A DNA stretch of 64,000 nt from Candidatus Kaiserbacteria bacterium (GCA_023264445.1 JAHFMN010000001.1:69928-133927); one strand, 5' to 3'; counted from the stretch's first letter, positions 16,756 through 25,859 are shown. Numbers and translations: made by a program. Notes: generated from the letters alone by a model not told the origin.

Positions 16756-19590
16756 ATGGCGTACGACCACACAGAGATCGAGAAAGCAGCCCGAGAGAAA
16801 TGGGCCAGTCTTAATCTCTACACGGTCGACTTCTCTGATAATGTAAAAGACCCGTATTATCTCCTTGTCGAGTTCCCGTACCCCTCGGGTGATCTCCATA
16901 TCGGGCATTGGTACGCGTTTGCGGTGACCGACATCTATGCGCGCATGCTGCGCGCGCGGGGAAAGAATGTTCTGTTCCCAATCGGATTCGATGCGTTCGG
17001 ACTGCCCGCGGAAAATGCAGCTATCAAGAATGGCCTTGATCCGAAGGAGTGGACGTATAAGAACATGGAACGCATGCGGCAGCAGCTGACAACGATGGGC
17101 CCGTCATTTGATTGGTCAAAAGAAGTTGTGACCTGCGAACCGGGGTACTACCAGTGGACGCAGTGGCTCTTCGTGAAGCTTTTTGAGCAAGGACTTGCCG
17201 AGCATCGTGAAGCAGCAGTCAAATGGTGTCCGAAGGATCAGACGGTGCTTGCAAACGAACAGGTCATCGACGGCTGCTGTGAGCGCTGTAGTACGCCAGT
17301 GGAAGAGAAAAGACTGACGCAGTGGTTCCTCAAGATTACCGACTATGCCGAGCGACTCCTCACCGGTCTCGATGCGCTCCCATGGCGCGAAGAGATAAAG
17401 GAAGCACAGCGTGCATGGATAGGGAAAAGCGAAGGCGCGTATCTGGAATTTCCAATCGTTGGTCGCGATGAGAAGATTAAGGTCTTCACAACGCGTCCCG
17501 ACACGGTGTTCGGTGCCACGTATGCAGTGCTTGCGCCGGAGCACGCGCTTGTCTCGGCGCTGTTGCCTGCTATTTCAAATAAAAAAGAAGTTGAAGCATA
17601 TGTGCATGCCACTGCACAGAAGACTGAACGAGAACGTAGTGAAAACAAAGAGAAGACCGGTGTGAAGCTCGAAGGAGTGAACGCGGTACATCCCGCAACA
17701 AATGAGGAAATTCCAATTTTCGTCGCCGATTATGTCATAGGTTCGTATGGCACCGGCGCGCTGATGGCAGTCCCAGCACACGATGAGCGAGATAGTGAGT
17801 TTGCACAAAAAATGGGCATACCCGTTCGTCAAGTTATTGCACCGCGGTATCACCAGACGACTGAGCCAGGAATCTATCGGCCGGAGGAACCGACCACAGA
17901 AAAAGACGGCATCATCGTCCTCATCAAACACTGGAAGGAAGAGAAATACCTCGGTCTCAAGTGGAAAGAGGTCGCATGGGGAACCCTACTCACCGGCGGT
18001 GTTGACGAGGGACTCACGCCAGAAGAAACGGTGTTCAAAGAAATCAAGGAGGAAACAGGATATCTGCACCTACAGATCAAACAGAAATTCGGAGTCGTCG
18101 ATGGACTCTTCTATCACGTACCGAAGCAGAAGAATCAGCATGTACACGGGCATATGTTTTATGTCGAGCTGAAAGATGGCGAGCAAGAAGCCATCAGCAA
18201 GGACGAATCTTCAAAACACGACCTAGTCTGGCTCACGGTAGAAGAATTGGAAACATTCCTTACGCCCGATACGCACAAACACACCTTGAATCTATTCCGT
18301 AACGGGCCGCAACCGTACACCGGAAATGGCTCTCTTGTCAGTTCGGGCGAATTTTCCGGCCGCGAGAGTGAAGATGCAAAATGGGAGATTGTGAAGCATG
18401 TCGGCGGAGAAAAGACCACTCAATATCGCATTCGGGATTGGCTCGTTTCCCGCCAGCGATACTGGGGATGTCCTATACCGATTGTCTATGATCCTGAAGG
18501 GAAGCCGCGTCCGATCCCGAAGGAGCATCTGCCGTGGCTTCTGCCAACCGATGTAGACTTCACGCCCACCGGCAAGGCGCCACTTGCGTCTTCAAAGGAA
18601 TTGCAGGAGCGCGTGACGAAGCTATTCGGCGAAGGATGGACGCCAGAATACGACACGCTCGATACCTTCGTTGATTCCTCCTGGTACTTCCTCCGCTATC
18701 TTGATCCGAAAGATCTGCATGATTTCTCGGATGCAGCTCTTATGAAGAAATGGATGCCGGTCAACCGATACTCGGGCGGGAGCGAACACACGACGATGCA
18801 CCTTCTCTATGCTCGGTTCTTTACGAAAGCGCTCTATGACCTCGCACTCGTGCCCGTGGATGAGCCGTTTACCGAACGTTTCAATCGCGGACTCATCATG
18901 GGTCCCGATGGACAAAAAATGAGCAAGTCAAAAGGGAACGTCGTGAATCCGGATGAATTTGTGCAGAAATATGGCGCAGATGCCGTACGGCTTTTCCTCG
19001 CTTTCATCGGCCCGTATAACGAACCGGGAAGTTATCCATGGAGCTTGGAAGGCGTTGCTTCCATGCGTAAATTCCTTGAGCGCGTTATGCGCCTCACGGA
19101 ACGGGCTCAAGACGTATCCGAAGTGGGTAATGAACTGCAGCAGGCGATTGCACGGGCAAGCATAAAGGTCTCCAAAGACGGTGATCGATTTAAATTCAAT
19201 ACCGGCGTTGCAGCACTCATGATTCTCGTCAACGAACTTGAAGCTTCCGTAGCTGTGCCAAAAACTGCATTGAGTTCTTTCCTCGTCATGCTCGCTCCTT
19301 TTGCGCCTCATATCGCTGAATACCTATGGGAGAAACTCGGAGGAGAAGGGAGTATCCACCAGCAGGCGTGGCCAGTGTTTGACGCGAGCACTCTTGTCGA
19401 GAGTTCAGCGGAAGTTGTGGTTCAGGTCAACGGCAAGCGGCGTGGCTCGCTCACCCTCGCCACCGATATTTCCGAGGAGGAAGCCGTTCGTGCTGCACGT
19501 GCGCTTCCCGCTGCCGCCGCGGCGCTTGCCGGAAAGGATCCTTCGCGCACCGTATATGTCCCGGGGAAAATCATCAATCTGGTCGGATAA
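16756..19590 (+). CDS. leuS: leucyl-tRNA synthetase carrying an inserted Nudix-hydrolase-like domain
   Basis: HIGH (HIGHWYAF), the CP1 editing domain (TTRPDT...MAVPAHDERD), RDWLVSRQRYWG and KMSKS. In addition there is a ~150-aa insert between the AHDERD motif and SSGEFSG that contains a Nudix box GGVDEGLTPEETVFKEIKEETGY. Confidence 0.92.
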   Translation: MAYDHTEIEKAAREKWASLNLYTVDFSDNVKDPYYLLVEFPYPSGDLHIGHWYAFAVTDIYARMLRARGKNVLFPIGFDAFGLPAENAAIKNGLDPKEWTYKNMERMRQQLTTMGPSFDWSKEVVTCEPGYYQWTQWLFVKLFEQGLAEHREAAVKWCPKDQTVLANEQVIDGCCERCSTPVEEKRLTQWFLKITDYAERLLTGLDALPWREEIKEAQRAWIGKSEGAYLEFPIVGRDEKIKVFTTRPDTVFGATYAVLAPEHALVSALLPAISNKKEVEAYVHATAQKTERERSENKEKTGVKLEGVNAVHPATNEEIPIFVADYVIGSYGTGALMAVPAHDERDSEFAQKMGIPVRQVIAPRYHQTTEPGIYRPEEPTTEKDGIIVLIKHWKEEKYLGLKWKEVAWGTLLTGGVDEGLTPEETVFKEIKEETGYLHLQIKQKFGVVDGLFYHVPKQKNQHVHGHMFYVELKDGEQEAISKDESSKHDLVWLTVEELETFLTPDTHKHTLNLFRNGPQPYTGNGSLVSSGEFSGRESEDAKWEIVKHVGGEKTTQYRIRDWLVSRQRYWGCPIPIVYDPEGKPRPIPKEHLPWLLPTDVDFTPTGKAPLASSKELQERVTKLFGEGWTPEYDTLDTFVDSSWYFLRYLDPKDLHDFSDAALMKKWMPVNRYSGGSEHTTMHLLYARFFTKALYDLALVPVDEPFTERFNRGLIMGPDGQKMSKSKGNVVNPDEFVQKYGADAVRLFLAFIGPYNEPGSYPWSLEGVASMRKFLERVMRLTERAQDVSEVGNELQQAIARASIKVSKDGDRFKFNTGVAALMILVNELEASVAVPKTALSSFLVMLAPFAPHIAEYLWEKLGGEGSIHQQAWPVFDASTLVESSAEVVVQVNGKRRGSLTLATDISEEEAVRAARALPAAAAALAGKDPSRTVYVPGKIINLVG

Positions 19591-19600
19591 CTGCGTGCCA

Positions 19601-19629
19601 TTGACTCTTTATGAGGTGTTTGCTATAAA
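19601..19629 (+). promoter_or_regulatory. sigma70-like promoter TTGACT-N17-TATAAA driving a leaderless transcript
   Basis: Near-consensus boxes. The ATG at 19639 lies about 9 nt after the -10 box, with no SD. Confidence 0.45.
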
Positions 19630-19638
19630 TTAGACCAC

Positions 19639-20718
19639 ATGAAAAAGACACGTTCGAGCACTGCGCATGCAAAGGGGCGGACTGTCCCCAGTACCTCGTT
19701 TTCTTTTGATGCTGCGACGCTTGCGAAGCGTCTTCTTGCTGCAGCTCCAGAACGTTCTCGAGAGGTCCTTACTCGCCGCTTCGGTCTCGGTGCTTCTCCC
19801 GAGCGCGAGACTCTCGAGGCAATCGGGGATCGCTCGAGCATCACGCGCGAGCGCGTACGGCAGATCGAAGCAGCTGGCCTCGATGCGATACGCTCAAGCA
19901 AAGTTTTCAAAGAAGCCGCTACTGCTTTTGATGAAATTGCAAAATACATCCATTCGCTTGGTGCCATCGTGCCTGAAGAGACTCTCCTTTCCGCGCTCGG
20001 TAAGGATGAAAAGAACCGCAATCGTTTCCGCTTCTTCCTCATGGTCAATGCAGCATTTTTCCGCGAACGTGAGACGAACGATTTCCTCGCGCGCTGGCAC
20101 GTGGATCATACGACGGCAAAGCATATCCACTCGGCACTGACGCGGCTCTATTCTTCGCTTTCTGATACCGACGTTGTTACCGAAGGAGAACTTCTTGACC
20201 GTTTTCTTGATGAACTCAAAGAGGTAAATGATGCGTACAAGAATGAAGAGGTGCTGAAGCGCTGGCTCTCGCTCTCCAAGCACATCGGCAGTAATCCGCT
20301 CACGCAATGGGGCCGTGTCACGGCACCTGCTATCCGCATCAAGGGCGTTCGCGATTACGCGTATCTTGCCGTAAAGCGTCATGGCACCCCGATGCATTTC
20401 TCTGAAGTGGCGAAGACCATCGGCGCGCTGTTCTCCAAGAAGGCGCATATTGCGACGACGCACAACGAGCTCATCAAGGATCCACGCTTCGTGCTGGTCG
20501 GTCGCGGACTCTATGCACTTACCGAATGGGGCTATACGCCGGGCGTCGTACGCGACGTCATCCGCGAGACGCTCGAGGAGAAGGGACCGATGAAAAAGGA
20601 GGAAATCATCAAACATGTGAAGAAGGCACGTTTCGTGAAGGACAACACCATTCTGGTCAATTTGAATGATTCTCGTTACTTCAAACGCATGAAGGACGGT
20701 CGTTACGCGGCAGTCTAA
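19639..20718 (+). CDS. regulatory protein with an N-terminal sigma-70 region-4-like HTH and a C-terminal HARE-HTH domain
   Basis: TLEAIGDRSSITRERVRQIEAAGLDAIR resembles region 4.2. The C-terminal HFSEVAKTIGALF...FVLVGRGLYALTEWGY resembles HARE-HTH, as in the RpoE delta subunit N-terminus. Confidence 0.6.
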   Translation: MKKTRSSTAHAKGRTVPSTSFSFDAATLAKRLLAAAPERSREVLTRRFGLGASPERETLEAIGDRSSITRERVRQIEAAGLDAIRSSKVFKEAATAFDEIAKYIHSLGAIVPEETLLSALGKDEKNRNRFRFFLMVNAAFFRERETNDFLARWHVDHTTAKHIHSALTRLYSSLSDTDVVTEGELLDRFLDELKEVNDAYKNEEVLKRWLSLSKHIGSNPLTQWGRVTAPAIRIKGVRDYAYLAVKRHGTPMHFSEVAKTIGALFSKKAHIATTHNELIKDPRFVLVGRGLYALTEWGYTPGVVRDVIRETLEEKGPMKKEEIIKHVKKARFVKDNTILVNLNDSRYFKRMKDGRYAAV

Positions 20719-20736
20719 CAACGCGCAACAAAAACA

Positions 20737-20775
20737 GCGGCGTCTCATGACGCCGCTGTTTTTGTTGGTATCCCC
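20737..20775 (+). terminator. rho-independent terminator
   Basis: CAGCGGCGTC-TCAT-GACGCCGCTG hairpin followed by TTTTTGTTGG. Confidence 0.6.
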
Positions 20776-20815
20776 GTAGTAGAGCTTCGCTTCACTACAG
20801 GGTATACTAGAAACC

Positions 20816-22180
20816 ATGCTGCCGTTCTTCGAATGGGTGACAGATCTACGAGATACGATTACCGGTACATTTGGCCTCCGCTTCCATCCGTGGCCGATTT
20901 TCATACTCGGCCTTGCACTCCTCGTCGTGTCATACCTCTTCATGCCGGATGCGGTCTCTCTCGCTTTTTCAATCGCGCTTTTCCTCGCACCTCTGTGGCT
21001 ACCGTTCCTGCTCGTGAACGCAGCACTCATGCTCTGGCTTATCTTGAAACAAGGAGAGTTCATCTCATCCCAGAAATATCTTTTGCTTGAAATAAAGCCG
21101 CCACGAAACTTGGTGAAGACTCCGCTCGCAATGGAAGCTTTCCTATCTACATTGCACATAGGCCCCGGTGAGAGTACGTGGTATGTACGGTGGATGAAAG
21201 GTGCTCTGCGCCCGTGGTGGTCGCTTGAGATAGCGTCGTTCGAAGGTCAGGTCCATTTCTTCATATGGACGCGAGCCAACTTCCGCCGCATGATTGAGAC
21301 GCAGATATATGCGCAGTATCCGGGCGCGCAGATAGTCGAGGCGCCCGACTATACACGACTTATCAGCGGGACAATAGAAGATTTTGGTATCTGGGGCTGT
21401 GATTTTAAACACACTAACGCAACGCCACTTCCCATCAAAACATATATTGAATACGGGCTTGACCAGGTGCAGAAGGAGCCGGAACAGGTCGATCCGCTTG
21501 CAAACCTCATTGAATTTATGGGTTCAGTGGGCAAGGGTGAATACCTCTGGCTCCAGATGATATTCCGCCAACATAAGGGAGAGCGATACGGGAAACTCAA
21601 CGAAAAAGGTAAAGCGTATACGTGGACCGATGAGGCAAAAGAGATGATCGATAAGATACGCAAGGAAACTCGCGAACCGTATGTGGATCCTATGACCGGT
21701 AAAGAGATGCCGGGATTTCCGAGTCCGACGAAAGGGCAGGCAGAGAAAATTGCAGCTATCGAACGCAATGTTTCGAAACAGGGTTTTGATGTCGGCATCC
21801 GCTGCATCTATCTTGCGAAGAAGGATTCATTCAATCCTATCGTCATCACCCAGATGAACGGGCTTTTCAATCCCTTCAACTCACTAGGATGGAACGGCAT
21901 TGGAGCGGCCGAATGGCTCCGGCATTTCGATGACTATCCATGGGAAATCGGTGTGGAAAAAAAGAAGGACCTGTATCGTCGCAAACTCGTTGAAGCGTTT
22001 CGCCGTCGTCAGTTCTTCCATGAACCGTTTTCTTTTGGTGTTGCGCCGAAAGATATCATGGTCATGAGCACGGAAGAGCTTGCGACCGTCTACCATATAC
22101 CTTCGCGTGCCGTCGAGACGCCAGGCCTCACGCGCATCCAGTCAGCGACGAGCGAAGCGCCTCCGAACCTGCCGACCTAA
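20816..22180 (+). CDS. hypothetical membrane protein (2 N-terminal TM helices plus a ~380-aa soluble domain)
   Basis: Long ORF with no Walker motif or recognisable family. The TATACT -10 box is immediately upstream (leaderless). Confidence 0.6.
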   Translation: MLPFFEWVTDLRDTITGTFGLRFHPWPIFILGLALLVVSYLFMPDAVSLAFSIALFLAPLWLPFLLVNAALMLWLILKQGEFISSQKYLLLEIKPPRNLVKTPLAMEAFLSTLHIGPGESTWYVRWMKGALRPWWSLEIASFEGQVHFFIWTRANFRRMIETQIYAQYPGAQIVEAPDYTRLISGTIEDFGIWGCDFKHTNATPLPIKTYIEYGLDQVQKEPEQVDPLANLIEFMGSVGKGEYLWLQMIFRQHKGERYGKLNEKGKAYTWTDEAKEMIDKIRKETREPYVDPMTGKEMPGFPSPTKGQAEKIAAIERNVSKQGFDVGIRCIYLAKKDSFNPIVITQMNGLFNPFNSLGWNGIGAAEWLRHFDDYPWEIGVEKKKDLYRRKLVEAFRRRQFFHEPFSFGVAPKDIMVMSTEELATVYHIPSRAVETPGLTRIQSATSEAPPNLPT

Positions 22181-22185
22181 TACGC

Positions 22186-23139
22186 ATGGATTTTCTCAAG
22201 CGCCATCTCCGCTGGCTCGTTGTGCTTATAGGCGTTTTCTTCATAGGCGGGTATGCTGCGTTTATTGCTCCGCCTACAAATTTCCCTTCAGGGAATATCG
22301 TTGTCATCGCGCGCGGAGCTTCAGTGTCTGACATTGCGGCGGAGCTCTTTCATGCGCGCGCCATCAAGCATCCGACGGTCCTGCAAGTGCTTCTGCGTAT
22401 GTCGGGTACGAGTTCTCGGGTACAGGCGGGTGCCTATCTTTTCAAATCTCCTGAAAATGTATTTACCATCGCGTATCGGCTTGTCGCCGGAGTGTATGGT
22501 CTCCCGCCGGTGCGCATCACTTTTCCCGAAGGAGACACGGTTCGTGATATTGCTGCGCGGGTGCATGACGCATTTCCAAATATCACCGAGTCGGACTTTC
22601 TTGTAAAAGCGCAATCGTATGAAGGCTATCTTTTCCCCGATACCTATCTCTTCTCATCATCCTCTGATATCGAGTCAATTCTGAAAACGATGCGCACGAA
22701 TTTTGAGACCAAGATAGCGACGATAGCGGACGATGTATCATCATCGGGACATTCACTTTCCGATATCGTTATCATGGCTTCTCTGGTAGAGAAGGAAGCG
22801 CGTACGATAGAGAACAAGCGAATCATTGCGGGCATCCTTTGGAGTCGACTCTCGCTCGGCATGCCGCTTCAAGTAGATGCTGTCTTTGGCTTCATTCTTG
22901 GACGCGATACGTATTCGCCGTCGTTTGCAGATTTGAAAATCGCTTCGCCCTATAATACGTATATCCATACCGGCCTCCCGCCTGGTCCGATAGATAATCC
23001 GGGAATGGAAACGATTGAAGCCGTTCTGCATCCGACAAAAACAAGTTATCTTTACTATCTTACTGACAAAGAGGGCGTGATGCACTACGCAACGACCTAT
23101 GCCGTCCACCAAGCTAACCAAAAAAGGTATTTGCAGTAG
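22186..23139 (+). CDS. mltG: endolytic murein transglycosylase MltG (YceG-like)
   Basis: N-terminal TM helix and the C-terminal motif YNTYIHTGLPPGPIDNPG. Confidence 0.88.
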   Translation: MDFLKRHLRWLVVLIGVFFIGGYAAFIAPPTNFPSGNIVVIARGASVSDIAAELFHARAIKHPTVLQVLLRMSGTSSRVQAGAYLFKSPENVFTIAYRLVAGVYGLPPVRITFPEGDTVRDIAARVHDAFPNITESDFLVKAQSYEGYLFPDTYLFSSSSDIESILKTMRTNFETKIATIADDVSSSGHSLSDIVIMASLVEKEARTIENKRIIAGILWSRLSLGMPLQVDAVFGFILGRDTYSPSFADLKIASPYNTYIHTGLPPGPIDNPGMETIEAVLHPTKTSYLYYLTDKEGVMHYATTYAVHQANQKRYLQ

Positions 23140-23150
23140 AATGCGCGGTA

Positions 23151-24080
23151 ATGGATATACGAGGAAAGAAGATATTCATAGGGCTGTCGGGGGGCGTGGA
23201 CTCGGCCGTATCTGCAGCGCTTTTACAGCGTACAGGAGCGCGCGTGACAGGTGTCTACATCAAGGGATGGTACCCGCCTGGGATGCCCTGCACCTGGGCC
23301 GCGGAGCGTCGCGATGCAATGCGGGTGGCGGCGCGGCTCCACATCCCATTCCTTACGCTAGACGCAAGCATGGAATACAAGAAGGGAGTCATTGACTATC
23401 TGCTTGCGGAATATCGCGCAGGTCGGACGCCGAATCCGGACGTCATGTGCAATAAGGATGTGAAGTTTGGTGCATTTTATCGCTTCGCAAAAGAGCAGGG
23501 AGCCGATGCTATTGCAACCGGACACTACCGCAGTGGAGAAAAAGACCAGAGCTATTTCCTCTGGGCCGTGCCGAAAGACATTTTGGAAACAACGATATTT
23601 CCCATTGGTCATATGGAGAAGATCGAGGTGCGCAGACTCGCAAAGAAATGTAATCTGCCGGTTGCCGAAAAGAAGGATAGTCAAGGAGTTTGTTTCCTTG
23701 GTTCCGTGTCAATCGAAGATTTCTTGAAGCAGGAATTTGGAAGCGATAATCCAGCTCTCCTCTACACGATAGGGCAGCGAGTCCCACTGCCGGATGGTCC
23801 ATGGTACGCCGTTGGGAAGGATGTTGGAAAAAAAGAAATCAAGGTTTCAAAGATGCGTATACCTGCTACGCAGGAAGCATGTTTTACTAGCCAAAATTGG
23901 TTTGGCGACCCGGCAGATGTACACGAAGCACAGTATCGCTATCGGGGCCCACATATAGAGGGTCATATAGAAGGGAATCGGTTTATAAGCACTAAACCGA
24001 TTCCGGATATTCCGGCGCCCGGTCAATCACTCGTTTTCTATCGTGATGGCAAATTAATTGGCGGGGGAATTATTGTGTAA
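23151..24080 (+). CDS. mnmA: tRNA-specific 2-thiouridylase MnmA
   Basis: PP-loop GLSGGVDSAV, NPDVMCNKDVKFG, and a 309-aa body. Confidence 0.88.
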   Translation: MDIRGKKIFIGLSGGVDSAVSAALLQRTGARVTGVYIKGWYPPGMPCTWAAERRDAMRVAARLHIPFLTLDASMEYKKGVIDYLLAEYRAGRTPNPDVMCNKDVKFGAFYRFAKEQGADAIATGHYRSGEKDQSYFLWAVPKDILETTIFPIGHMEKIEVRRLAKKCNLPVAEKKDSQGVCFLGSVSIEDFLKQEFGSDNPALLYTIGQRVPLPDGPWYAVGKDVGKKEIKVSKMRIPATQEACFTSQNWFGDPADVHEAQYRYRGPHIEGHIEGNRFISTKPIPDIPAPGQSLVFYRDGKLIGGGIIV

Positions 24081-24105
24081 GCGGCCTGTGGTGTATTATT
24101 GCTAG

Positions 24106-24519
24106 ATGACGTATTCACGGCTCTGGGTGATGGCAGCTATCATTGCCGGCATCATCCTCATCGGTTTCGTGCTTTCGGTGCCGCATACCCGCGAGATTCC
24201 CGGCGCATCACTTTCGGAGAGCACTACCCCACATATCTCAAGTGTCTCCCTGCACGATTCTTTCAAGAAGGGGCTCCACACCATCACTGGATCTATTGAA
24301 GTACCAAATGCATGTGCGTCGGTCATCGCCGAGGCCTCACTCACCGGAGAGGCGTCTACAACCAGTAGAATCCTCGTAGCGATCTTATTGCCGGAAGATA
24401 CCGGCGTCTGCCTGCAAGTGCCGACTGTCATGCACTTCTCGACGACAATTAGTGCACCAGCAGGCCTTCCAATTGAAGCGACGGTCAATGGTATTGCTGC
24501 CACCACGAGTGTGTCATGA
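24106..24519 (+). CDS. membrane-anchored hypothetical protein (first gene of a five-gene overlapping operon)
   Basis: N-terminal TM helix plus a ~100-aa exported domain. Its stop overlaps the next start (ATGA). Confidence 0.5.
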   Translation: MTYSRLWVMAAIIAGIILIGFVLSVPHTREIPGASLSESTTPHISSVSLHDSFKKGLHTITGSIEVPNACASVIAEASLTGEASTTSRILVAILLPEDTGVCLQVPTVMHFSTTISAPAGLPIEATVNGIAATTSVS

Positions 24520-25385
24520 ACGGCTTACCTGTCATCGTAAAGGCCGATGGAACGAAGCAGGTATTTGACCCAATGCGTCTGATCGTTTCACTGCGCCGAG
24601 CGGGTGCAGGAGAGCACACGGCAGAACAGATTGCACACGTCATCACCGAGACACTTGTGCCCGGTACGAGCTCGAAAGAGATTTATGCCCGCGCCTTTGC
24701 GCTTCTGCGCAAAGAAGCACGACCCGTTGCCGCACGGTATGCGCTTCGCCGTGCGCTTCTGGAGCTTGGTCCCACTGGGCATCCTTTTGAGGATTTCATT
24801 TCGCATTTATTTCGAGCGGAGGGGTGGCAGGTTGAGACGCGGAAAATCATCCGTGGAGCATGTGTCGCGCACGAAGTTGACCTCTATGCATCGCACGAAG
24901 AGCAGAACACGTTTCTCGCCGCCGAGCTTAAGTATCATAATGATCCGGGCTATAAGACCGATCTGAAAGTTGCGCTCTACGTGAAGAGTCGTTTCGATGA
25001 CATCTTCTCATGCGATCCAACCGTGCGCGCTTGCCCGATTGACCGGGGATTGCTCGTCACGAATACCAAGTTCACCTCAGAAGCAATCGCATATGCCGAG
25101 TGTGCAGGTGTGGAGCTCCTCGGCTGGAGCTACCCGGCGCACGATAATCTCTTCCTGCGCATGAGTCGCGCGGCGGTGTACCCAATCACCACTTTGACCG
25201 GTCTCTCGCACGCTGAGAAACGGCTTCTCATCGAGCGCGGTATCATCGCTGTTGACGACATCATGCAGGATCGCCGCACGCTCGACCCCATCCATCTCTC
25301 GAGTGAGCGAATTGGAGAGGTTCTTGCCGAGATTGATGGTCTCCTTAGGCTTCCTCTGGTGCCGCATGATATTGTTCCCGTATGA
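24516..25385 (+). CDS. ATP-cone domain fused to an Mrr-type restriction-endonuclease (PD-(D/E)XK) domain
   Basis: N-terminal VIVKADGTKQVFDPMRLIVSL is ATP-cone-like, as in NrdR or RNR. The C-terminal HLFRAEGWQVE...HEVDL...AAELKYH carries the D...ExK catalytic triad of the Mrr catalytic domain. Confidence 0.65.
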   Translation: MNGLPVIVKADGTKQVFDPMRLIVSLRRAGAGEHTAEQIAHVITETLVPGTSSKEIYARAFALLRKEARPVAARYALRRALLELGPTGHPFEDFISHLFRAEGWQVETRKIIRGACVAHEVDLYASHEEQNTFLAAELKYHNDPGYKTDLKVALYVKSRFDDIFSCDPTVRACPIDRGLLVTNTKFTSEAIAYAECAGVELLGWSYPAHDNLFLRMSRAAVYPITTLTGLSHAEKRLLIERGIIAVDDIMQDRRTLDPIHLSSERIGEVLAEIDGLLRLPLVPHDIVPV

Positions 25386-25858
25386 TGCAGCGCTTTTCAA
25401 CAACTTCCTTCATTCTTGGAGTGATGTTCGGAGCTCTTGTCTCAGCTGCGTGGTTTCTAAATGGTCCTACTGGACTCACCCCTTTCTCCAGCTCGCCTTT
25501 TCTTGCTACGACAGTTGATTCCTTGCTGCCGCAAAGTAGTGCAATAATCGTGGCCGATCAGTCTGCTGGCCCAAGCGTCACTATTGAGTCGGTGACCATA
25601 CCATCACTTCCCATCTGGGTTGCCGTACTTGAGACGAATGGTCACGAATTAGGGAACGTGCTTGGTGCCGCACGCATTCTTGGTTCGCACAGCAGTATCA
25701 CTGTCACACTCCTGCGGGCGACCGAGCCAAATCGTACGTACGCAGTCGAACTCTATCGGGATGACAATTACGGCGTTTTTGATCCGTCAGAGAACAGTGT
25801 CTACGTAGATTTCGATACCGGTATGCGCGCGGTTTCCTACTTCACGACCACTCCCTAG
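25382..25858 (+). CDS. membrane-anchored hypothetical protein (possible paralogue of the 24106 gene)
   Basis: N-terminal TM helix plus an exported beta-rich domain. ATGA overlap with the upstream gene. Confidence 0.5.
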   Translation: MMQRFSTTSFILGVMFGALVSAAWFLNGPTGLTPFSSSPFLATTVDSLLPQSSAIIVADQSAGPSVTIESVTIPSLPIWVAVLETNGHELGNVLGAARILGSHSSITVTLLRATEPNRTYAVELYRDDNYGVFDPSENSVYVDFDTGMRAVSYFTTTP

Positions 25859-25859
25859 C

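Noticed and set aside
19894-21159. 421-aa minus-strand ORF
   Set aside because: It overlaps two supported plus-strand genes and an intergenic terminator/promoter, and has no recognisable domain. The same judgement applies to other long antisense ORFs (42632-43660, 50649-51656, 31232-31951, 31647-32363, 15986-16660, 56311-56835).
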